DNA of 64,000 nucleotides from the human T2T-CHM13v2.0 reference genome, Homo sapiens: the NCBI RefSeq assembly GCF_009914755.1, contig NC_060938.1. One strand, 5' to 3'. Under the pieces are notes generated by a model. The model was not told where the DNA came from, did not search any database, and saw nothing but the letters and a program-made list of their open reading frames with translations. Shown one piece after another: positions 1 through 11,010 of the stretch. Positions within the stretch are counted from its first letter, which is position 1; each line of letters opens with the position of its first letter. A program made the translations under genes and the position numbers.

Positions 1-704
1 GATTAAGAATTAGAACACTTATTGCAGTTCCACTTCTGTCACTACAAGAGCATTAGTTTCATTATTTGTAAACATTAGAGAGATAATACCTGTCCTGACA
101 GTTACTGAGGCTCAAATAAGAAACATAAAACTGTCTTTTAAAAGCTGAAAAATCCGGTACAAATACAAAGCATTATTATAATTACACCACAAAGCCTTAA
201 GAATCCCAGGGAGTAAAAGCTAGTAAGAAAGGAGAAGATACAGGACATGGAAGGGAAAGAGAGGACACTCAATTATGACAAGAATTATGTGGCAAGCCAT
301 CACTTTTCTGTCAACACTGCTTAAAGCTAATGGTAGATGCTGAAATCTCCAATTCACAGAAGAGATGCAAGAACAGGACAGCTATGTCTCCAGTAGTTCT
401 CTTTTTACTGATGTGGGTGGTAGGAGGTAGTGAGAAATCTCTTTCACACTACAGTAATACAAAATCAGGACAAATATATGAATGCAGAGTCACAGCTTTT
501 AAAGGTAACTCCCAGCACAGTAACTATCTTTCCTGTGCCTTCGTGTTTTCCTCTTAAAATATGCTAATTTCAGTTTTCCATTTAACAAATCCTATAAGCA
601 TTAGGACAGAAAAAAGAAAGGCCTTATTATTTTCTATAATAGATCACCTTGAACTATGTAGCTGGTAAATACACATAAGTTCCTCAATGCTTCTTAGAAA
701 TGAG

Positions 705-1293
705 TGCTCTGCCCTCAAATGTCCCATCACAATAGCAAGGAGTACTCAATCTTGAGCTTGCTCTTGCCCGTCCCATCCCAATAGCAAGGAGCACTCACTT
801 GAGCTTGCTCTTGCCCGTCCCATCCCAGTAGCAAGGAGCACTCACTTGAGCTTACTCTTGCACGTCCCATCACAATAGCAAGGAGCACTCGAGCTTACTC
901 TTGCACGTCCCATCACAATAGCAAGGAGCACTCACTTGAGCTTACTCTTGCACGTCCCATCACAGTAGCAAGGAGCACTCACTTGAGCTTGCTCTTGCCC
1001 TTTGTTTTGGAGGTACCAGATGTTTGCTCTGCCCTCAAATGTCCCATCCCAATAGCAAGGAGTACTCACTTGAGCTTACTCTTGCACGTCCCATCACAGT
1101 AGTAAGGAGCACTCACTTGAGCTTGCTCTTGCCCTTTGTTTTGGAGGTACCAGATGTTTGCTCTGCCCTCAAATGTACCATCCCAATAGCAAGGAGTACT
1201 CACTTGAGCTTACTCTTGCACGTCCCATCACAGTAGCAAGGAGTACTCACTTGAGCTTGCTCTTGCCCTTTGTTTTGGAGGCACCAGATGTTT
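705..1293. repeat. Compound minisatellite built from the CHD8 exon 4/intron 4 junction (10 units; 47-bp and 87-bp units forming a 134-bp higher-order repeat)
   Basis: Unit gtcccatcacaatagcaaggagcactcacttgagcttactcttgcac (47 bp) recurs; intact ACTCACTTGAG cores start at 793, 840, 930, 977, 1064, 1111, 1198 and 1245; degenerate cores at ~745 and ~887. Confidence 0.97.
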
Positions 1294-1636
1294 TACTCTT
1301 CTTTGGCTTCTCCTCTTTCAGCCTCTCCCCAGCACTCTTCTTCCTGCGTTTCTTCTCGCCTTCCTCCTCTGGCCGAACGCTGGGCAACTCGTCCTCATTT
1401 AAGACTCGAGGTATGTTCTGCTCACCGCGGGCACGGGCTCTCGCAATGGCCTCTGCTACAATCCGATTTGCTTTCTCTTGCTTCTTCTGGTGTTCCAATC
1501 TGCGGTTTTCCTCCATTCCTGTCTTTCCCCCCGAATGAGGAGCAGAGCTTGCTGGTGATGACAAAGCTGCCACTTCACTGGCACTCAGAACTTTAACTAC
1601 AGAGAGCCCAGAAGAGGCCCCTTGGGAAGAGCCAGC
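1251..1636 (-). CDS. CHD8: CHD8 third coding exon (exon 4 of the long transcript), AGSSQG...GASKTKGKSKL(N)
   Basis: Acceptor tttctatag|GCT at 1636, donor CTCAA|gtgagt at 1251; 386 nt, in frame with the previous exon; includes basic KKRRKK stretch. Confidence 0.97.
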
Positions 1637-2345
1637 CTATAGAAACAAAGATACTACAATTTCAACTTGCTTGTAGTTAAATGGCCTAAATAAAATCCAG
1701 CTCTGAAGCAGGGGGGCTAGAAACTAGTTCTTTAATCCCTCAAGAATCAAGCTCAGACTAAATCTTATTGAACCTACACCTACTTTTTAAAATGTATTCT
1801 TTTGGTGGGAAAGGGGTGAGAAAAACCAAGAATTCTGCCAAAATAAACTTTAGTATCTTTTTGCTATGCTTCCATTAATATACATCTCCATTACCTCAGA
1901 AAAATTACAACTAATATACCCAATATTGGTCTCTGGCCTAACGGTAAAAAAATTCAAATTCTACTCTTGGCCTACCTTTTATCTGCCTGGGCGGGGAGAG
2001 GGGAGGACTGATCACTTATTTCTTCAAGTCATTTCTGAACTATCATTTAAAGGATATCACAAATCATTTTTATTTCACAATAATATTAGGAAAAGATTAT
2101 AAATAAAACAATTCAAAGATAAATACTAAATAATCTCATATCCCAAACCCAACAATCCCTCTCTAATCTTTTAATAATATAATTAAAATAAGGTTTCCAT
2201 GAATGAAAGAATTAAGTCTGCACCTCAGTTCAGAGATATAAATCTAGAATGGCCCCACATTCAAGAATAAGTGGTTGCTGAGGGCAACAGCAATGGACTA
2301 AGTATTTTTGTTTTCTTTCTTTTCCTTACTATGTAAGTCTCTCAC

Positions 2346-2717
2346 CTGTGGCTGCAGTACCACCTTGACTGGTACTGAAAGTCTTTGTCCTGGGCTTTGT
2401 CCTGGTCCCATTATCTGAGCCTGCTGTACAGAGGACAGAGTCACTGGCTGGGTGGAGGGTGGCTGCTGGGGCTGTGGCTGCGATGATGGTGGTTGTGGTA
2501 CAATCTGGATTTTTTGCTGTGGCTGCTGCACCTGCAGCTGGATAGTTACTACCTTGGCAGGCTGCCCTTGGGCATTCTTGGCTTGAGTCAGGGCTGCCAG
2601 CTGGTTGCCCTGTAACACTATCTTGCCTGGTAGACTCCCTAGCACAACATGCCGATGTCCTTGGGGACCTCCAGACTGTGGCTGCTGGAGGACCAGGGTG
2701 ATGCGTTTCGATTCACC
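2346..2717 (-). CDS. CHD8: CHD8 second coding exon (exon 3), GESKRITLV...VVLQPQ, Q/P-rich
   Basis: Acceptor cactttag|GGT at 2717, donor CAG|gtgaga at 2346; 372 nt, phase 0/0. Confidence 0.97.
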
Positions 2718-2891
2718 CTAAAGTGAAGAAAGGAAATTGCAAGAGTACAACATTAAAGAATGGTATACTCTGAAATATTTACACCAGTTTTCTTCATGCT
2801 AGAATCATAAAAACTACAGGTCAGAAGACACAGTACAACTCACTTTGTTCATCATCCTATCTGTCTTGATGCAATCTTTTTTGTTATTTTT

Positions 2892-3188
2892 AGACAGGGT
2901 CTCGCTGTATTGCCCAGGCTAGAGTGCAGTGGCTATTCACAGGCACAACACTACTGCTGATCAGCAAGGGAGTGCTGCCCTGCTCCGTTTCCAACCTGGG
3001 CCAATTCATCCCTCCTTAGGCAACCTGGTGGTCCCTTGCTCCTGGGAGGTCACCATATTGATGTCAAACTTAGTGCAGACACCTGATTGGCATAGCACAC
3101 CACAGCCCAGAACTCCTAGGCTCAAGTGATCCTCCCGCTTCAGCCTCCTGAGTAGCTGGTACTATAGGTGCATGCCACCATGCCCAGC
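2892..3188 (-). pseudogene. Full-length 7SL (SRP RNA) retrocopy including the S domain
   Basis: Reverse complement follows 7SL including non-Alu S-domain text (catcaatatggtgacctcc...accaccaggttgcctaaggaggg...ggaaacggagcagg...gtgaatagccactgcactc); A-rich tail at 2877-2891. Confidence 0.93.
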
Positions 3189-3300
3189 TAATTTTTATTT
3201 TGCTTTTTTGTAGAGATGAGGTCTATGTTTCCCAGGCTGGTCTCGAACTCCTGGCCTCAAGCGATCCTCTGGCCTCAGCCTCCCAAAGTGCTGGGACTAT
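3189..3300 (-). mobile_element. 5'-truncated Alu left arm plus A-rich linker fused to the 7SL copy
   Basis: cccagcactttgggaggctgaggcc...gagttcgagaccagcctggg...tctctacaaaaa on the minus strand. Confidence 0.85.
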
Positions 3301-3484
3301 CAGCTGTCCTGATAGAATCTTTTCTATAATGCTTCTGCTCAGTAGGTATCAAGCTATGTTTTAAAAACTCCTGATGGAAGGCTATCTTCTAATGCAGCAG
3401 TTCATTTTTGGAAACCTAATAATACAAAATTCCTTATATTGAATTGAAATCTGCCTCCTTGTAGCTTCTTCCCACTAGTCCTAC

Positions 3485-3608
3485 TTTTTTTAGAGACAAG
3501 GGTCTCACTATGTTGCCCAGGCTGGTCTTGAACTTCTGGCCTCAAGCAATCCTCCTGCCTCAGCCTCCTGAGTAGCTGGGATCACAGGTGAGAGACATTG
3601 TGCCTGGC
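3485..3608 (-). mobile_element. Monomeric Alu (FLAM-type)
   Basis: ~120-bp left-monomer sequence with tail; tagtccta repeated at both flanks. Confidence 0.8.
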
Positions 3609-4182
3609 TAGTCCTAATTATCTCAATGCTGCGCCCCCACCCCCACCAACTCTTTTGGCCCTTTATTCAGATGCTAGAGCCTCTACCTTCTTACGCTAGA
3701 AACTAACACTTTCACTGAGCAAAGTAGGAGGGGGACAATCTTAGTAATAAGAATAAAAGAAAGATATAAATAGCTTTTACAAGTCTTGCAAATATAAAGA
3801 TAATTCTTCAAAGATGTTTCTTTGTTCCCATAGCATCCCATACTTCTCATAAAACTTTGTATCACACAATTATTGTGAACTCTTGCTTAATATCTGTCTT
3901 TCCTGGCAGACGGTGAGCTCTGTAAGGACAGGGACTGTGTTTGCCTTATTTAGCACCAGCTAGGTACAATGTAAATGTGTAGTAAGAGCTCAAAAAATAT
4001 GTTAACATTAACTGCTTCCAACCAGCAAGTACTAAGTATGTGGCTGTCACACTAACTGATAAAAACCAAAGATGGAATTTAAATAGGCTTTCCCAGAGAA
4101 AGCTCTCATGTGCTCACTCTCTCAAAGAGTTGCTGGGCCCTCTATGAAACCAAAATTCACCTCCCCCTTTCACTCAAGTCAC

Positions 4183-5025
4183 CTGGGTAGGTGTAGAGGT
4201 CAGTGTAACTGCAGGCTTCAGTGGGGGCCCTGTGGCCCCAGGGTTTCCAGCAGGAGCTGAACCCTTAACTGGCTGGAGGACCAGCTGCTTTACTGGTCGG
4301 CTGGGCTGGACAATGCGCTGAACAGCAGCCTGGTTCCCAGGGACCTTGGCGGCCAACACTGTATTACCAGAGACAATGGAAACACCTGGTCGAAGGGGTG
4401 TGCCGGTTAGCACTTTGGTAAAAGTGACTTTTCCACCATTGGCTGTGCCTGCCACCAGGGGCTGAGCTGTGCTGGTGATACCTTGGGCCTGAATTTGTGC
4501 CACATGGGCACCAGTGACTGAGGAGCTTGGTGGGGCCTTAAGGATAACAATCTTAGGGGCTGACTGAGGTGGCTGCCCTCCAGCACTACTGGAGGAGACA
4601 GCTGTGGCAGAGACACCCATGAAAGGATTCCCTTGGCTCAGGATCTCCTGGCTCTTGGAGACTTGCAAAAGTCCTGATGTTGGCGTCGATGTCTGTAAGA
4701 CAGGTTGGGCTGGCTGCTCCTGGCTGGCAGGCTGAGTGGTATAATCATGCAAGGTTATGGATTCTGGAGCTGGAGCTGTGGATTCTTTGGAAAGTTCTGT
4801 GGGAGCTGTTTCCTCTGGTGGAGGGACCAGTTCACTTGCTGATGAATTCCCCACATCACCACCTCCACCATCCTGGTTCATCTGATCCAAGGAGTCCAGA
4901 GAGCTTGGCAGTCCAAGGGCTTCCTCAATGGGGTCTTGTGTGACCTGGTTAAAGCTGTCATCAGTCAGAGAGTCCAGGCCAAATAAATTTGGGTCATCGA
5001 ACAGATCCATGATGGGGTCTGCCAT
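4183..5025 (-). CDS. CHD8: CHD8 first coding exon of the long isoform (MADPIMDLFDDPNLFG...STPTQ, 281 codons)
   Basis: ATG at 5025 in strong context (aagATGG), donor CAG|gtgact at 4183; recognisable CHD8 N-terminus. Confidence 0.97.
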
Positions 5026-5240
5026 CTTGGGAAAGTAATGGAGGGTACTTCTCCAAGGTCTAGGGAGGGAAGGGGAGGGGGGGTACTGGCTCTCCCCTCC
5101 CCTCCCCTATTAAGAAAAAAATGTACACAATGTAAGAGGACTACTCTTCAAGTATAGAGGCAAGAAACAAGTGCATGTCAGATTGTCCTGACCTTCATGG
5201 AGCAAGATGGCTACGTCTTCAGAGGAAGATGGTGGAACTC
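5026..5240 (-). other. CHD8: CHD8 5' UTR part of exon 2, with two upstream ATGs and an internal alternative donor at 5193
   Basis: Acceptor ttcctacaacag|GAG at 5240; ATGs at 5198 and 5176; ATGAAG|gtcagg. Confidence 0.85.
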
Positions 5241-7397
5241 CTGTTGTAGGAATACAAATACAAATGAAAAATAGGCAAAGTTGGCGATCTCAGAGAAAAT
5301 TTTCCCTTCTTACGTACTGTTCTTAATATCAAATAGCATGAATATAAGAGGGAAATGTGAGGAAATCTGAGGACGGACATACAGCAGAAAGACACTCATA
5401 TTTCTGCTTCAAAACTAAAACTAAAAGAGAAAAACAATAACAACCTCCTCTTGGGCACTTACACCTACAAACTTTAAAGACTCTGTCAAGAGCATTTGGC
5501 TGTCTTTCTCCGTTTCTTTTAACAATTATTATTCTTTGGTAAAGATAAAATTTAATATTCATTTACCTTCTATTTTCAGTTTTTAAGTTAGTAGAACTCA
5601 AAAATATGCCACCAGAATTACAGTGACTCTATAGATAAAGGTTTCTGGATATATTCTATTGTATAAATTTTTCTTGTGTTTTATATATTTTTACTTACTA
5701 TTGGCAAAAATAACCACCTTTAACCAAGGCTTATAGTACAATCTCACCAAAGTGATCATACAATTTTACCCAGGAAGTTTTGCAACCTTTATTCTAGTTA
5801 ACATATTAATCTATAATGGGATTTTTGTTCTGAAGTCCCCTCTCAAGAAAACTTTCTCATATTTAAGATAAAAAAGGTCAATTGCAAGGGATTCAACATT
5901 GTTTCCAATTTATATTCCCAACTTCCTCTTACCATCTCTTACATATATTTTACATTCCAGTCCAACTAGACTACACAATTCCCTTAATGTGATTCCTACC
6001 TGTGTGACTTTGCTTATGATGCTGTGCTTTCTGCCTGGAACACGTCCTCTCCATCCCAATGCCAATAATCTCTCGCAGCTAAAATCCTACCAACCCTCAA
6101 AGGTCTTCTACTCCATTAAGTGAGCCCTGAACCTCTGACGCTTTAACAACTGAGCAACTTGTGATGACTTGATCCCTCCACCTCCTTTAAATACCCACAC
6201 CATTGTTTATACCTTAAAACACTTATATTTAATATTTTATTATAATGACCTAAGTCTGTAATATATCCTCTGAAGGCCCAAATGGTTCCTTTGCGCAAAT
6301 TGTAAAAAGTTGCCCACTTCTCAAGATGCCTGGAAAACTGCCATACTAAATATATAAAAATTTGTTATGAATGTATGCAATGTACACCCTCCACAACTCT
6401 GTACCATGGCCCAGCTCCTCTTTCTCTGGGAGAAAGTTCTTGGATGGTGGGGACTATGTTTTATTTATCTGTGGATCCCCTAAGAACCAGCAGGACATAG
6501 CACATATAGTAGCTAATCAAAAAACAGTTAATGAATTATACTTGCTCGCATTATCTGGAGTAAACCATTCGATCCTCACAGAAACTAAATGGTATCCTTT
6601 GATTCTAACATGAGATGGTAAAAAGCTTCCTATCTTGAAAACATGTCTTATGAATGGCTGAAAGTAGGTTCACAAAATCCATGTCTAGGGTTTTAAGTTC
6701 ATGAAACTAGTGGAAAAAAGAAAAGCTATCAAAGACAGGGAAGTATATCACCATAAAACCCAAATATATGAAAAAGAAATATCTGTTCTTTGTATATGAT
6801 GACAGTATTTGACAATACAGGAAAGTCTTGCTTGGTAAGACCATTTCTCCTAACTTTTGGAAGACACCAGATAAGAAATTTGTCAGAGGCACAGTCCTGA
6901 CTGAAGGAGACTTTTCCATATAACCCCCATGCTATGTTTTTTCCTTCCCAACCCATCTCACTTATCCTTATAAAACAATATAATATGGGTTAATATATCA
7001 GATACTCCAAAACAGACAAAGAGAACAAACACGTGAGTCAAAATTACAAAGTATACATGGTATCTCCAACAATGTTAAACAAGATCGTCCTTGCTTCAGT
7101 AATTGCATACTTTTCATATCTCAACCCAAGATCCATACCATCTCCCATTCCTGGCTAGCCTATTCCACCAGCTCATTCCAGCCTCTCATATCTAATATTT
7201 GCCTCCAAATTACTCAAAATGGCAATCAGGAAAGTTATGAATGCTTCCTGATTTAACGAAAACCTACTCAATAACTTGATATTAATAAATTTCCTTCCCA
7301 TTATCATCAACTTTTTTCCAGTATACCTACTTTGGCACCAATTATTTTTCATTCTCTACTCACCGTCAGAAGTTAAAGTATCTACAGCTAGGAGTAA

Positions 7398-7721
<324 letters not shown>

Positions 7722-10199
7722 TGAAAGTTTCTACTAACCAGAAGTTTACGTTGCAAATAGTTTATAGCCTGCTCCTTATTCCATGGAGTATTTTGTCGCT
7801 TCCATGATTCCTTGCTATTTGTTAATTCTAATGCTCTTCCTTTCCCCCATAATGATCCAATCTTAGGCCCAGATTTTTTTTTTTTTAAATAGGAGAAACA
7901 AGGCTGATGGTTTCTGATGAATCTCCTTACCCCCATATGACTTAGTATAAGCTTTTTAAAGATCAATGCATTGTCATTTATCTCTCCCTTCCCAATTTTC
8001 GAACCAAATTTCTGCTTCTTCTAGTTCGGTCTATGCCTAATAATTCAAAAACCTTGCCACCAAGTATCATTACTTCTCAGTCCCATCATTCTCACCTATA
8101 CTGACCCAATTCATCTCATATTTTTATGCTAGTTTCCTACTTCTTTTCTAGTTCCTATCTTTAAACTGTCCTTGACTCTTACAAGATTAAACCTTCTCCC
8201 AACATACATCTAACTTTTTTTAACCCTCCTTCTACTACTACTTGTGGGTCACCCTGGCTATATCCACATACGGCCTATTTATTCTACCAAGCTCATCTAT
8301 CTCATGAATCCTCTCAACCATCTCATGAATTCTCTTTCCTTGATTCAAACCCTAATAGCAAAAATGAACAGATGTTAAGTTGGTTTCAATGCAAAGTAAC
8401 TGCCTAGATAAAGAAGTCACACCAACTTTTATCATATTAAGAATGAAAAGCCAGTGTTGGCCCACCAGTCCCCAAAAGAGAAACACATGTATGTGCTCAA
8501 AAGGAAAGACAAAACTTAGTGGTTGTACTTAGTCACTTTCCATAATTACAAACTAATGACCAGAATCATGACAGAAATCTTGGAGGGCATGTAGGGGGTG
8601 AGGGATGGCAGTGGAAGGGAAAAGTAACAAACTAGTCAGTTAAGGTTAAAATCCAAGCCCATCTATCTATAATCGCCAAGTAACAATACAGTTACCTGTA
8701 GAAAAATACTTTATTATATATGCCAGTATAGCCCTTCACTTCATCTCCTTCTTAAAGGTGAAACTACTGCTTCCCCTTGAGACAAGTACAAACTGATGTT
8801 CTTCTGCAGCTTTACCACCTTTAATACAGTTCTTGATTTTTTTGGAAATCTAGAGTCCCAACTCTCTCATTCTTATTTGACATTATTCCTCACCCTTGCC
8901 CATTTCTATAATAAACTGTCTGTCCTATGATAAAGTATTTTGTTTTAATTCTACCCTATATTTTTCCATCTCAATCTCTCCATACCTTTCAACAAAGCAG
9001 TGATTCTCAACCAGGGGATGGAGACTAAGGCCCTTAAGAAGGGCTTCTGGGAACCGAGGGTGGAGATAAATGTGCAGTTCTTAAAGGTGTATTCAATATT
9101 ATAATTTTATATTTATCAAGTGAAAAAACTACATCTCATTGTTTAGGCTATTTATATTTATTAACACTGGACAAAGCCTTCTTGGCCAGTGAAGATCTGT
9201 AAAAGACACGTGAGGAGTAGAGGGCAGAGAAAGAAACATTCCTGGCTTGGCAGAGTTACCAGTATCTTTGGGATGGGATAAGATTTCCTATAGCCTCTCA
9301 AAAGGAGTTTATCATCATTTACTGTTTATGATGGATGAGAAACACTGCAAGAGATTAGTTCTGTCGTCTAATAGATAAAATTATGTAAAATGAGCTACAG
9401 ATATCTATTGCCCACTTATAGATTTCTCCGTAGTGACAACCTCTTAGAAGACAATGAACGAATGCAGTATTGAGCCATGCTGACCTCTTTCTGTAATGTG
9501 CACTTTTAGAAAGTACCACTCATGACCACTTAACCTCTAGCTGCTCAAAGGTTCAGAAAAGAATAAACTATTTTATTTACTTCAAAGAACAAATCTTGTT
9601 GTTGGAAACTGTATCCTTTCAAGAAGATCAGTTGCAGATAGACATAAATACATGTTACTGAAACATAAGATGGGTAGAAGCAGCTTAATTTAAATGAGAA
9701 ATACCTTGAAAATAAAATAATCCAAAGGGCTAAAATGAAAATCACCAACATAATTTTAAAAGAGAAGTATTTTAAAACTGTACCATGAAGACATTCGTGA
9801 GACACGAAGGGTCTCAAATCTTATACAGAAATGAAAAATAAACATCCAAAGTGAATGCAATCACAATTTAGGGTCAGCAAAGGATCAGGATGGAAAGACA
9901 TAGGACCAAATTGGAGCCACTCAGATTTCCTAAGTAGATCAAGATCCTAGGCCATTTTCTCTGTCTTCACCATTCTCACTGCCAAATGTGTGGCTACTCT
10001 GTTTCTGTTTTCCAATTACTGAAAGAGAAAGCACTCACACCTCAATCAAGGGTATGGTCATTTGGGGGAATATAAGGCTGGTAAAGTAAGACCTTGTGAA
10101 TAAATCGGAAAAGCAAAATAGGCAACTACGACAGCTAAAGACATGTATTTTCAGGGGGTAAAGAAGAAACTAGAGAGATTCTGCACTCATGAAAAAAGG

Positions 10200-11010
10200 G
10201 AAAGGGCGAGGTGAGGAAGTGAGGGGTTGATCGAGAGGAAAACGCGACTGGGGTGGGGGTGGGGGGGACCCGGGTACATTACCTGCTCATACTGCCGGGG
10301 TTGGTGCCAGTAAGGTCCATACAGCAGAGGCGGAAGATTTCTGGTAACTGGAGACCCCAAAATGGAAATGAGGTACATGCACTTGAGGTAAGGAGCTAGC
10401 GGGGGTGCCCTCCAGGGTGGGGATGGCCAAGACGGGAAGATGCGGGGGGTGGGGGGTGTGGATGCCCGGGATAGGAGCAATGTTAGGGCGGAAGCTGCAG
10501 GCCGAGAGGCCCGACAAGCCCTGAAGGAGAAAACGAGCTGTGCCTCACCCCAGTGGAGGAGAGAGGTGGCTTTACCTGCAGTGGCTGTGGGGGGCCGGTT
10601 CGCCCCTCTCCCTGTCTCTCCAGCACCAGTTCCCCCTCCTCCTGCGCAACCTAACCTGATGCTCCTGCCCGCCCCGCGCCATCATTGGCTGAAGCGCACT
10701 GCCACTCACCAAAGGCGAAAAGACGCAAAACAGCGCAAAGGGTGGGACTATAAGGAGCTCCCTTCCCCCTCCCCCGCAGGTTAGGTTGAGAGCGCACGGA
10801 GAGGCCTATCCGGTTTCTAGGGCCGAGGCGAAGCCTGCAGCTTGCTTGAAAAAAGGGGGCTGGCCAGAGGAACAGTCTCATAGTACGCGAAACCAGTCCT
10901 GGAGATTAAATTCCCTACCATCTACACTGAATTCTTCACCCTGAAGAGTATAAACTTGGGAGGGAGGGTTCCGCGCTAGGCCAGCTCCGCCTCCCTCTGA
11001 ATCCCCGGCC
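10200..11010 (-). promoter_or_regulatory. CHD8: CHD8 proximal CpG-island promoter with alternative non-coding first exons
   Basis: GC/CpG-rich; CCAAT (minus) 10684-10688; GC boxes ~10665-10680; donors CAG|gtaaag at 10576 and CAG|gtaatg at 10283. Confidence 0.8.

Noticed and set aside
1-700. CHD8-hosted snoRNAs or a further CHD8 exon
   Set aside because: No convincing C/D box pair or in-frame exon seen; downstream exons lie beyond the window edge
983-1165. Duplicated exon ends acting as stand-alone cassette mini-exons
   Set aside because: The preceding AGs (gggcag/gag) lack a pyrimidine tract, and the exons would be 44 or 46 nt (frameshifting); donor competition is the better model
705-1293. 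CRISPR-like repeat-spacer array
   Set aside because: No unique spacers: the whole unit repeats and derives from the adjacent exon/intron junction; eukaryotic context with no cas genes
1024-1596. Plus-strand ORFs with repeated peptides
   Set aside because: By-products of the tandem repeat and the antisense of CHD8 exon 4; they start at non-ATG codons and have no promoter or splice support
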